DNA of 53,506 nucleotides from a virus (IMGVR_UViG_3300044618_002464:1-53506), one strand, 5' to 3'; positions 19,605-27,906 are shown, counted from the first letter of the stretch. Numbers and translations are program-made. Notes: a model not told the origin generated them from the sequence alone.

Positions 19605-19898
19605 ATGTGGAAAAAAATCTATATTCAGACAAAAGATATTCATATGGCCACTGACAGAGCAGCATTAATAAAACTACCTAAAAAATCTATTTACAGGGAT
19701 TATAAATTTTGGTGGGGTGGTTCATTGATAATTAAAGATAAATTCAGTCATCAATGGATATTGAGCTATAAAGATGAATTTGATGTTAAGTTGATTAAAG
19801 ATAAAAATAAAGATGATTATTTAATGTTTAAAGCCAGTGAAATCATGTCTTTTTTTGATCATGTGATTCCGTATGGTAAAATAAATTTGACTAATTAA
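19605..19898 (+). CDS. Hypothetical protein
   Basis: 97 aa; its 3' end is encoded by promoter repeat 4. Confidence 0.7.
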   Translation: MWKKIYIQTKDIHMATDRAALIKLPKKSIYRDYKFWWGGSLIIKDKFSHQWILSYKDEFDVKLIKDKNKDDYLMFKASEIMSFFDHVIPYGKINLTN

Positions 19899-19916
19899 AA
19901 GATAATATGATAATAT
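19875..19916 (+). promoter_or_regulatory. Early promoter repeat copy 4
   Basis: GGTAAAATAAATTTGACTAATTAAA; TTGACT 19887-92, 18-bp spacer, TGnTAATAT to 19916. Confidence 0.8.
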
Positions 19917-19964
19917 TTCTTGTGTGAATGAGTGAATTTAATAACCTTGAAAGGAAACAACAAA

Positions 19965-20153
19965 ATGATCAAATATGAAGATGCTTATTTTTATTACAAC
20001 TTATTAACAACAAAAGCTAAAAAAATGTTCAAGTTTAAAGATGTTGCAAGAAAATGGGAATCTGAACAAATTGCATCTGTGATCTTTGATTTTGATTTTG
20101 ATATCAGCATGAAAAAATTTATCACAGGTTTGAATAACACAGCTCTTAATTAA
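19965..20153 (+). CDS. Hypothetical small early protein
   Basis: ATG 19965 after CTTGAAAGGAAACAA. Confidence 0.7.
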   Translation: MIKYEDAYFYYNLLTTKAKKMFKFKDVARKWESEQIASVIFDFDFDISMKKFITGLNNTALN

Positions 20154-20159
20154 TGAACA

Positions 20160-20193
20160 GGGTTTGTTAGTTTTCCCAAAAAACTAACTTTTT
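20160..20193 (+). terminator. Terminator-like hairpin with possible pseudoknot
   Basis: GTTAGTTTT/AAAACTAAC stem followed by TTTTT; upstream GGG can pair with loop CCC. Confidence 0.5.
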
Positions 20194-20217
20194 ATAAACT
20201 TTGAAAGGAAACATAAA

Positions 20218-20652
20218 ATGACACAAAAATTAGATTTAACAAAAGTAATTATTCCGTATATAAGAAAACGAGTGCCAGCATATGACACAACATCAATTTA
20301 TTATTCTTATATTCACAACAATTATACAGAAGCTAATTACATTAATTTTTATATTGGTGCTGAATTGATTAAAGATTTAAACATCACGATTGCAGATCGG
20401 TTTATGTTTGCACATGATGGAAGTAATAAAAACAAATGGCATTTAATCATTACAAAAAATCAAGGCGTTCAAGTTAAATTAAATAAAACAGAAAATGGCT
20501 TAGTTATTGTTACCAACCCATTCATTCATAAAAACACAAAAATGAATAAAATAGAATATGCAGAAATTTCAATTATAAACAACAAAAATCAAAGAGTTTT
20601 ATCTTTTGAAGTAAAAGATTGTGATAATGATTTAAAAAGAATTGAAGCATGA
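20218..20652 (+). CDS. Hypothetical protein
   Basis: 144 aa; RBS motif at 20201. Confidence 0.75.
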   Translation: MTQKLDLTKVIIPYIRKRVPAYDTTSIYYSYIHNNYTEANYINFYIGAELIKDLNITIADRFMFAHDGSNKNKWHLIITKNQGVQVKLNKTENGLVIVTNPFIHKNTKMNKIEYAEISIINNKNQRVLSFEVKDCDNDLKRIEA

Positions 20653-21512
20653 TTATTTCATTAAATTATATTTATCATCAATTGGCAAGATCAGATAAAA
20701 GATTTGAATCTAAATGTATTGCACATGAAACATTGATTAATCTTGATCTTTCATATTGTGAATTTGTTGATTGTACTTTTGATGATTTGTACATTGAAAG
20801 TTGCAATTTTCATTTAACAGAATTTATAAATTGTACTTTTAAAAACTCGAGAATTACTGAAAGCTGTGATTTTTTCAATACTGCTTTTAAAAATACGACT
20901 TTCATTGAATGTAATATTAAAGCTAACCTTTCTACAGCTTCATTTAAAGATGTTATTGCAGAAGATTCTGAAATATTGTCAACTGATGCTGATACTTTAG
21001 ATGAAACAGATAACATCATTCATATTGATACTACAATAAAATATACAGGACTTAGTGGCAAAACTGGTGCCGATGATGATGATGATGATGACAGTGAAGA
21101 TGATGAAAAAGAAAATTTAATCATAACTAAAAAAGCAATATTTCTTTTTAATAAATTAACAAGTGGCCAGTATATCAAAAATGCAACTTGTTTGTGGGAA
21201 CTGTCAGAAGATGAGCATCATAATTTAATAAAATGGTGTATAGAGTTTTCTAATTTTTGTATTATAGATTTTGATTCATGTTATGCAGTAGATTCAAGAA
21301 TCAATATATACATCATTGATAATGATCATTTAACAACTGTAGAGGGCCATAGATTACCAATCTATAAAATCAATGACAGATACAGCATATATATTGCTAT
21401 AAATTCAATGAACAAACATTTAACACTGTATAACAAATTGTATCAAGCATACACTGTTTATGATGGCTGGAATGATCATCAATTAAAAGAAATATTTTTA
21501 AAAACATTATAA
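20649..21512 (+). CDS. Pentapeptide-repeat protein with a poly-Asp tract
   Basis: Repeats LDLSY CEFVD CTFDD...CNFHL TEFIN CTFKN...ANLST ASFKD; DDDDDDDSEDDE. Confidence 0.8.
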   Translation: MIISLNYIYHQLARSDKRFESKCIAHETLINLDLSYCEFVDCTFDDLYIESCNFHLTEFINCTFKNSRITESCDFFNTAFKNTTFIECNIKANLSTASFKDVIAEDSEILSTDADTLDETDNIIHIDTTIKYTGLSGKTGADDDDDDDSEDDEKENLIITKKAIFLFNKLTSGQYIKNATCLWELSEDEHHNLIKWCIEFSNFCIIDFDSCYAVDSRINIYIIDNDHLTTVEGHRLPIYKINDRYSIYIAINSMNKHLTLYNKLYQAYTVYDGWNDHQLKEIFLKTL

Positions 21513-21523
21513 AAGGAATCAAG

Positions 21524-21823
21524 ATGAAACTAACCGGATTTGAACAAAATGCAGAAACAGTTTTAGATGTTACTGACGATTTTATTGCAAACATAAAAGA
21601 AATGAATTTTAATTTAGATATAAAAATTAAAAGGTTATCACTTAAATATTGGGGTATATTCTTTAGGGGTAAACAAACAATTTTTATTCATTGTTCACCA
21701 ATGTTAGTAATATCAGAATTAAATAAATTATTGACTAAAGAAATTAAATTTGTTGGTAGCTTTGATATAGAAAAAGTTGACAAAAAAGCAGAAGAGATTA
21801 AATGCAAGATAAAATATTATTAA
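21524..21823 (+). CDS. Hypothetical protein
   Basis: 99 aa; AAAAGGAA RBS. Confidence 0.7.
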   Translation: MKLTGFEQNAETVLDVTDDFIANIKEMNFNLDIKIKRLSLKYWGIFFRGKQTIFIHCSPMLVISELNKLLTKEIKFVGSFDIEKVDKKAEEIKCKIKYY

Positions 21824-21889
21824 AAGAAAAGACAGTTAAAAAATAACTGTCTTCTAGTGAAATTATTCTTGAAAGGAAACAAAAACACT
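21822..21889 (-). ncRNA. Candidate trans-acting anti-RBS sRNA (~68 nt)
   Basis: Promoter TTGTGT (21924-19), 17 bp, TATAAT (21901-896); UAGUG/CACUA stem presenting UUUUUGUUUCCUUUCAAG; 10-bp terminator stem 21829-21853 with a minus-strand U-tract. Confidence 0.65.
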
Positions 21890-21926
21890 AAAGATATTAT
21901 ATCTTATTTATAGGAAAAACACAAAT

Positions 21927-22211
21927 ATGATTACAAGCGAAAAGCCAACTCAGAAAAAAGATTATATGGATTTTTTGACTTTGCTATTAATGAACAATGA
22001 AAAAGTACCAAAAAAACTTATTAATGTTTTTTGTTATATTTTTGAAAGAGGCCATTTAAACACAACTTTGTTATTTCTGCAGAAGCAGATTAATATTTCA
22101 AAGCCAACTTTATTAGAATGTTTAAATCTTTTGGAAAGGTATAGAATCATAACTAAAAAAGCAAAATGTGGCACAAAAAATGGAACAGTCATTGAATACA
22201 TAAAAAAATAA
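21927..22211 (+). CDS. Winged helix-turn-helix DNA-binding protein
   Basis: LQKQINISKPTLLECLNLLERYRIITK wHTH pattern. Confidence 0.7.
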   Translation: MITSEKPTQKKDYMDFLTLLLMNNEKVPKKLINVFCYIFERGHLNTTLLFLQKQINISKPTLLECLNLLERYRIITKKAKCGTKNGTVIEYIKK

Positions 22212-22220
22212 TAAATATTT

Positions 22221-22250
22221 TTGACTAATTAAAAAAGAATACGATAATAT
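22221..22250 (+). promoter_or_regulatory. Early promoter repeat copy 5 (partial)
   Basis: TTGACTAATTAAA, 18-bp spacer, CGATAATAT; lacks the upstream GTAAAATAAAT arm. Confidence 0.7.
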
Positions 22251-22276
22251 TGTAAAGTGAGGGTTTAAATTACAAA

Positions 22277-22438
22277 ATGAATAAAAACGATAACAACATA
22301 AATATATTTGAATTAATAATTGAAGGAGGGATACAGCAACTAATAGAACAAACACAAAAAAATAAACAAGATGATTATAACTGGGTTATAGATTTTAACA
22401 ACATAGAAAAGGAAACAAAAAATGAAAAAAAAGAATAG
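22277..22438 (+). CDS. Hypothetical 53-aa protein, not in the ORF track
   Basis: MNKNDNNINIFELIIEGGIQQLIEQ...; first ORF after promoter 5, GAGGG upstream. Confidence 0.45.
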   Translation: MNKNDNNINIFELIIEGGIQQLIEQTQKNKQDDYNWVIDFNNIEKETKNEKKE

Positions 22439-22844
22439 TTTAATAGACACATCAGAATTAAAAGATTGTGAAGTAACTGCAAAAAAAAATCTTATATTGT
22501 CATTATTTGAAAAAAAATTGATAAAAGAAACTAAAGTCAATTTAGCAGTGCATGATTTCAATTTAAATGAAGTAACAAATGATGAATTTTTTAAAGCAAT
22601 TGGTGGCATATTTAAAGATAAAAGAAAGGGTTTGAAATTATCAATTAGAACTGTTTCAGAATTATTAAATATACATTCCGGTTGCATTATTAAATTTGAA
22701 CAAGGGAAAACCAAAATAAATATTTTAAATTTACTATCATTGATGAATTTGTTAAATATTTCTTTGAATATTTCTTTAAACACATCAACACTAACTGATT
22801 CTATTAATAAAGTAGAAACGGTTTTTGAAGCTGAAAACAATTAA
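22422..22844 (+). CDS. XRE-family HTH transcriptional regulator
   Basis: IGGIFKDKRKGLKLSIRTVSELLNIHSGCIIKFEQGK. Confidence 0.8.
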   Translation: MKKKNSLIDTSELKDCEVTAKKNLILSLFEKKLIKETKVNLAVHDFNLNEVTNDEFFKAIGGIFKDKRKGLKLSIRTVSELLNIHSGCIIKFEQGKTKINILNLLSLMNLLNISLNISLNTSTLTDSINKVETVFEAENN

Positions 22845-22877
22845 TATAATTTTTAAACTTTGAAAGGAAACAGAAAA

Positions 22878-23198
22878 ATGAAAACACAAAAACAATTAAA
22901 AAATGAATTTATTGGATTTACTGCATTAGCATTAATAATTGAAGTTGATATTGCATTAAGTGTCATTTATTATGCTCATCACAATCCTTTTATATATTAT
23001 TACTTTTTATATCATAAAAATGTAGTTTCAATGTTATGTAATTTTTTAATCATAAGTGCAGTAATTTATACAACAATAAAAGTTACAAATAAAATGGCTT
23101 ATTTTATGTTTAAATTTGAAAAAATAATATTCAAAAAATACAAATCCATTCAAAAAAGTTTTAATAAAAATATTATTCATGCTCATTTAAGAGGTTAA
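22878..23198 (+). CDS. Two-TM membrane protein
   Basis: ATG 22878 after TTGAAAGGAAACAGAAA; two hydrophobic segments. Confidence 0.7.
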   Translation: MKTQKQLKNEFIGFTALALIIEVDIALSVIYYAHHNPFIYYYFLYHKNVVSMLCNFLIISAVIYTTIKVTNKMAYFMFKFEKIIFKKYKSIQKSFNKNIIHAHLRG

Positions 23199-23206
23199 AG
23201 TCAATC

Positions 23207-23317
23207 ATGGTAGAAGATAAATTTGGAAGTTTAGAATTATTGCTGTTAATTGCAATAGTATTTTTTATAATAAAATTATTCACAAAAAAGGAAAACGATA
23301 AAAATGAAAGTAAATAA
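23207..23317 (+). CDS. Small single-TM peptide (36 aa), not in the ORF track
   Basis: MVEDKFGSLELLLLIAIVFFIIKLFTKK...; GAGG upstream; fills the gap. Confidence 0.5.
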   Translation: MVEDKFGSLELLLLIAIVFFIIKLFTKKENDKNESK

Positions 23318-24413
23318 AGGTACATACTTTGAACATGTTGATTTGATTTCTGGGTCTGACACCTGGAAAGATTTCAGAAAAGATAAAATGGGTGCAACTG
23401 ATCTTTCTCTATCAGTAACAGTAAATGTTAAATCTGCTGTAAAAACCAAAGTATCTGATAATTTTGGTGGAAACCGGTTTACATTATGGGGGCAGTATAG
23501 AGAGCCAATAATCAGAGAATATTTAAATGATTATTTGGATATATCAACATCATCAACAGTTATATCTCATTTAAACAATGAAAAAATCATTGCCAGTTTA
23601 GATGGTATTGATGATATAAAAAAATACATTCTTGAAATAAAAACTACAAAATATTTATTGATGGGAAACAATGAAAATCAATTGATTATGTTGCAAGACT
23701 ATATTAAAAAGTGGGCTCAACAAATCAGTCATCAATATTATATTTTAAATGATTCTGAGTATAAAGTGTTACTGGCCATTGAATGTTATCAAGATAACAG
23801 TGATTTTGCTACTTCATTTAAACCATTAGAGTTATTAGTTTTTGAATGCAATATAAATAATGGTTGCTTCAATGTTCAATTAAAGCACAGGTTTGAAATA
23901 GATGAAACACATGACAATAACGGATACTATCCTGAAGTAATTTCAACTAATTTAATTGAAAAACCTTTTAATGAAATTAATAAAAATTATTCAGTAATGT
24001 TAAAAGAAGTTTGGAATGAAATCTGTCAAGAGTTTTTAGACCTATTATCACAAAGAACAAATTCATCAGAACAGATTAATGAAATAGATGAGTTATTAGC
24101 AAGTTACAGCAATTACACTAATATGATTAATGAGTTTCAAGAAAAATGTGATGAGATAAAACTTCAATTACAAAAAAAATTCCTGTCAGAACACAAAAAA
24201 ACATATTTTAGTAAAGTTGGTTCAATTGAAGTAAAAATCAGAAAAACACCAGTAACAGAAAAAAAATTAGTTGATTTATTAAACAATCAAGGTGTTTTAT
24301 TGAATTCATTGAACGAGTCTTATTATGAAAGAAAGTTGAATATTAAAAAAGTTTTAGAGGATTTTAAAATAGAACAGCCAGTAACAGAAACATTTAACAT
24401 TGAAACATTTTAA
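23304..24413 (+). CDS. YqaJ / lambda-exonuclease family recombination nuclease
   Basis: W...R...MGATD, WGQYREP, ASLDG, LEIKT, QISHQ motifs. Confidence 0.85.
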   Translation: MKVNKGTYFEHVDLISGSDTWKDFRKDKMGATDLSLSVTVNVKSAVKTKVSDNFGGNRFTLWGQYREPIIREYLNDYLDISTSSTVISHLNNEKIIASLDGIDDIKKYILEIKTTKYLLMGNNENQLIMLQDYIKKWAQQISHQYYILNDSEYKVLLAIECYQDNSDFATSFKPLELLVFECNINNGCFNVQLKHRFEIDETHDNNGYYPEVISTNLIEKPFNEINKNYSVMLKEVWNEICQEFLDLLSQRTNSSEQINEIDELLASYSNYTNMINEFQEKCDEIKLQLQKKFLSEHKKTYFSKVGSIEVKIRKTPVTEKKLVDLLNNQGVLLNSLNESYYERKLNIKKVLEDFKIEQPVTETFNIETF

Positions 24414-24428
24414 AAAAGGAAACAGCAA

Positions 24429-25274
24429 ATGAATGATACAGAAATTAATATAGATGATTTAGTTGAAAAGATAGAGCAATCTGAACAGGAATCAATAACA
24501 GAAATTGAACAAGAAGTAATTGAACAGGAAGTAATGGCAGATTCAGCAGAAGAAACTCAAGAATCAATATCAAAAAAAGTGCAAGAAAAAGAAAAAGAAT
24601 TGATTGAATTAAAAGCTAAAAAAGATATTGATGATTTACACTTTTTGATACTTTTAAAGAAAATACAGTTAGCTAAAATAGGATTCAAAGATATCAAAAA
24701 AAAGAAAGAAAACAAATTTTCTAATTACAAATATGCAGATTTAAATGAAATTTTTTCATCAATCAAAGATTCTTTGAATAAATATAACTTATATTTAGAT
24801 GAAACATATATTGATCAAGAATTAGCTTTAAATGTTGTTGATCTTGAAACTGGATATAATCGCAGAATGTTTTCAAAGAAAATAGAAAAAATTGAATTGA
24901 AAAGCTCAAATGCAGCTCAGCAGGAAGGAGCTGCTATCACATACTTTAGACGATATGCAATACAAGTTGCATTAGGTTTGATAGCAGAAGATGATATTAT
25001 TGATTCATCAGATCAAAACAGCAATAAAAACAATAAAAATCAATTGCCAAATGAGAAGCAGAATCAACAGAATAATACACAAAAAACTTTAAAATATAAC
25101 AGCCAACAATTAGGTGAATTATACAAAAAAGTTATAAATATGTTTCAAAATAGAAAAGTTTCTAATGATGAAATAAAAGCTATTCAACAAATCATAAAAA
25201 ACTTTGGTAAAGGTTCAAATGAATATGGTGATTATTTATCTTTAATTATAAAAAAAGTAGAAACAAAAAAATAG
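24429..25274 (+). CDS. ERF-family single-strand annealing protein
   Basis: NYKYADL and QQEGAAITYFRRYAIQVALGL...EDD motifs. Confidence 0.88.
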   Translation: MNDTEINIDDLVEKIEQSEQESITEIEQEVIEQEVMADSAEETQESISKKVQEKEKELIELKAKKDIDDLHFLILLKKIQLAKIGFKDIKKKKENKFSNYKYADLNEIFSSIKDSLNKYNLYLDETYIDQELALNVVDLETGYNRRMFSKKIEKIELKSSNAAQQEGAAITYFRRYAIQVALGLIAEDDIIDSSDQNSNKNNKNQLPNEKQNQQNNTQKTLKYNSQQLGELYKKVINMFQNRKVSNDEIKAIQQIIKNFGKGSNEYGDYLSLIIKKVETKK

Positions 25275-25283
25275 GGGGTGAAT

Positions 25284-25535
25284 ATGTCAAAAACTTTAAA
25301 AGAATATCAATTATCTTATATTAAAAAGTTGAAATCTGAGTTATCAGAGTTATATCAAAAAAAAACTTTAAATGGTAAAGCTGTTGGGTATGCAGAATTA
25401 ATACACTTTATCACCAATAGAGAACATAATTTAAAAAGTCAAATTATGAGTTTACCAATATCTAATGCAGAAATTATGTATAACTCAATTATTAAAAACT
25501 TAAAAAGAAATGAAAATGACACAATGGCAAAGTAA
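25284..25535 (+). CDS. Hypothetical protein
   Basis: ATG 25284 after AGGGGG. Confidence 0.6.
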   Translation: MSKTLKEYQLSYIKKLKSELSELYQKKTLNGKAVGYAELIHFITNREHNLKSQIMSLPISNAEIMYNSIIKNLKRNENDTMAK

Positions 25536-26253
25536 ATTTATGAGTCCAAGCAAAATTGATATATTTTATCAATTTAAAAATAATGAATATGAGTGGTATT
25601 TTGGACCTCATGCTCATGGTGAAAAATGGACTGATGAATTATTCATAAAAAAAGTATTGGGAATCGGTGCAAAGTATGGTTATCAGGTTCATGCAGGGAC
25701 TGCTATTCATAAAGCCATTGAAAAGCATAATCTATTAAAAGGAAAGATAGGAACACAAACAACTCCAATAAACGAATGGGAAATTAAATTGTGTATTGAT
25801 CCAATTAATATAAATATTCCAAATGAAGACACCGAAAAATTCATAAAAGGCATTATAGGTGGAATATTAATCAATGGTAAGTATGATGCAAAAGATCACG
25901 AAAAAATACATGATATAAAAACAACATCAAAGATCGATCTTGATTCTTATAAAAACAGTTATCAATGGAAAATGTATCTTGTTATGACCGGATTAAAAAG
26001 ATTTGTTTATGATATTTTTCAAGTAAGATTTGATGAAAAAAAACCATATGAAAAAGATGCAAACGGCCATAAGATTTTAAACAGAAAATTAGTTGAAATT
26101 GTTAACTATGAAAGATTGGAATTAGATTTTTATAATGGATTAGATGTTGAATGTCATCAGTTTGTTGCTGAATTCAACGATTACTTGATTTCTAACCTCA
26201 ACTTGATCAAAGACATTGCAAGACAAAATAATGTTCAAATTAAAGGTTTATGA
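25510..26253 (+). CDS. PD-(D/E)XK nuclease superfamily protein
   Basis: SPSKI, GTAIHKAIE, GKYDA...IHDIKTT, SYQWKMY. Confidence 0.8.
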   Translation: MKMTQWQSKFMSPSKIDIFYQFKNNEYEWYFGPHAHGEKWTDELFIKKVLGIGAKYGYQVHAGTAIHKAIEKHNLLKGKIGTQTTPINEWEIKLCIDPININIPNEDTEKFIKGIIGGILINGKYDAKDHEKIHDIKTTSKIDLDSYKNSYQWKMYLVMTGLKRFVYDIFQVRFDEKKPYEKDANGHKILNRKLVEIVNYERLELDFYNGLDVECHQFVAEFNDYLISNLNLIKDIARQNNVQIKGL

Positions 26254-26384
26254 TGAAAATTAAAACAGAATCATATAAAAACGAAAAATATTACAAACAA
26301 AGAATAAAATACTTAATAGCATTAATTATTATTTTTGTTGTTTTATTAGTTGTCAATAATATTATTAATTTTTATATGTTTTAA
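26250..26384 (+). CDS. Small single-TM peptide (44 aa), not in the ORF track
   Basis: MMKIKTESYKNEKYYKQRIKYLIALIIIFVVLLVVNNIINFYMF; ATGA overlap and AAAGG RBS. Confidence 0.5.
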   Translation: MMKIKTESYKNEKYYKQRIKYLIALIIIFVVLLVVNNIINFYMF

Positions 26385-26415
26385 TTCTGTGGGATTCTAC
26401 GGAATTAAAAATAAT

Positions 26416-26460
26416 AAAAGAAAAATCCCATATGAAAATATGGGATTAAAAGACACAGCA
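26416..26460 (-). ncRNA. Candidate countertranscript antisense to the initiator leader
   Basis: TTGATT (26494-89), 17 bp, TGtTATGAT (to 26466); hairpin AATCCCATAT/ATATGGGATT followed by a minus-strand U-tract. Confidence 0.55.
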
Positions 26461-26473
26461 AAAGGATCATAAC

Positions 26474-27475
26474 ATGGGAAAACAAGAAAATCAATTGACA
26501 AAAAAAAGAGAATCTATAGTTTTTTATTTATCTTTTTATAATTCTGTAAAAAGAAGACCAAAAAAAATAAAATTAGCTATTTATGAAGCAATTTTTGAAT
26601 ATTCTTTTAATTTTGAATTACCTGATTTTTCAGAAGATAGTGAAGAGTATTCAATTTGGAATTTAATCAAGCCACAGCTTGACGCAAACATGAAAAAGTT
26701 TTTAAATGGTTGTCAAGAAAAGACTAAGCAAGACGGAAGCAAAGCAGAAGCAAACGACAAGCAAGAGATAAGCGAAACAGAAGCAAAGCAGAAGCAAACA
26801 ACAAGCAAGAGTGAAGCTAATGATAATGATAATGATAATGATAATGATAATGATAATGATAATGATAATGATAATGATAATGATAAACCAAAAAAAGAGA
26901 CGATGTCTCAATTTGAGTGTAAAAAAATGATTTATGAATTTAACGATTTAAATGAAGCAGAAAAACAATCGTTATGCAATTGGATTGATCACAAGTATGA
27001 GAATAAAAAAGAAAAATATAAAGAACGAGGATTGAAAAATATTTTAAATCAATGTTTAGAAGAATCTAAAACTAATAGAGATATCTGTTATGTTATTGAG
27101 AAATCTATCAATGGTGGAAAAGATGGCCTTGGTTGGAGTGGGATAGGATTTGATCATGTAAAGTTTGTTGCAAAAAGCGGTTTGAATGCAGATATACAAG
27201 ACATGAAAAAACAGAAGTGTAGAATAATTTTGTTGAATCAATGTCATGGATTGAATTATACCGATGCTAGTAATAAACTGAATAAGTTTAAAGATGGCGT
27301 TTATGATCCAAAATTTAACCCATTAGATAAAATAGAAGATATGATTACAAAAGCAGAATGTGAAAAGTATAATATAAAATACCCAACTCAAAGCAATTTA
27401 AAGTTATTTGGCAATCAGTTTATGAATAATTTATTAAGTTCTGGATTTAATGAAAAGGATTTTAAAGATGAATAA
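26474..27475 (+). CDS. Replication initiator (DUF6291-type N-terminus)
   Basis: ESIVFYLSFY...IYEAIFEY...LIKPQLDAN...NG, low-complexity linker with (ND)n, then a helical C-terminal domain. Confidence 0.8.
   Translation: MGKQENQLTKKRESIVFYLSFYNSVKRRPKKIKLAIYEAIFEYSFNFELPDFSEDSEEYSIWNLIKPQLDANMKKFLNGCQEKTKQDGSKAEANDKQEISETEAKQKQTTSKSEANDNDNDNDNDNDNDNDNDNDNDKPKKETMSQFECKKMIYEFNDLNEAEKQSLCNWIDHKYENKKEKYKERGLKNILNQCLEESKTNRDICYVIEKSINGGKDGLGWSGIGFDHVKFVAKSGLNADIQDMKKQKCRIILLNQCHGLNYTDASNKLNKFKDGVYDPKFNPLDKIEDMITKAECEKYNIKYPTQSNLKLFGNQFMNNLLSSGFNEKDFKDE
26726..26824 (+). repeat. Nine 11-bp iteron-like repeats (AAGCAAANNNN), probable origin
   Basis: AAGC at 26726, 737, 748, 759, 770, 781, 792, 803 and 814; exact 11-bp phasing. 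Confidence 0.8.
26821..26886 (+). repeat. (TGATAA)11 perfect microsatellite
   Basis: Counted directly; encodes Asn-Asp repeats. Confidence 0.95.
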
Positions 27476-27872
27476 ATACATTAACAGTATAGAAAGCGCA
27501 ATGATAAAAATAGAGGTAAATTATCAATGTTCTATTCATAAAAAAAGTGGGACACAATTCATTAAAAAGTTTAAATCTAAACCTAAAAATTGGAATTTAG
27601 GAAATTGGCAGAGTTGGCAGTATCCGAAACAAGATGAATTGTGTCCAGACTGCAGAAGAGAAGAAATTGAAAAAAGACATCAAGAAAAATCAAAAGAATA
27701 TATGAAAATTTGGTTTGATAACAAAACACCTCAACAAAAACAAGACTTAATTCAACATCAAAAAAATCTTGAAGCAGAGAAACAATATGAAGAAGAATTG
27801 AGGTGTAGAGATGGCTTTGTCAGTCAAGCAGAAATAATTGATTATAAAAAGAAATTAATAGGAGATGATTAA
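27468..27872 (+). CDS. Zn-binding protein after the initiator (possible helicase-loader-related)
   Basis: CSIH...CPDC; ATG 27468 after AAGGA; function inferred from position only. Confidence 0.45.
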   Translation: MNKYINSIESAMIKIEVNYQCSIHKKSGTQFIKKFKSKPKNWNLGNWQSWQYPKQDELCPDCRREEIEKRHQEKSKEYMKIWFDNKTPQQKQDLIQHQKNLEAEKQYEEELRCRDGFVSQAEIIDYKKKLIGDD

Positions 27873-27906
27873 TTGCAAAAATATAAAAATATAGGGGGTC
27901 ATCACA

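Noticed and set aside
14030-22250. Promoter repeats as CRISPR repeats or integron attC sites
   Set aside because: Spacing is 1.4-2.6 kb, the repeats are -35/-10 elements, and there is no integron integrase or attC-like structure.
14105-22877. Shared N-terminal peptide (M/L)KGN(K/H/R)K in several ORF-track proteins
   Set aside because: Artefact of ORF calls starting at or before the TTG of the TTGAAAGGAAAC RBS motif; the true starts are the downstream ATGs.
26726-26886. Repeats as a CRISPR array
   Set aside because: Units are 11 and 6 bp with no unique spacers; the nearby PD-(D/E)XK nuclease lacks the Cas4 cysteine cluster and no cas genes are present.
26702-26911. Poly-Ile ORF on the minus strand
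   Set aside because: Antisense shadow of the (TGATAA)n repeat in the initiator gene.
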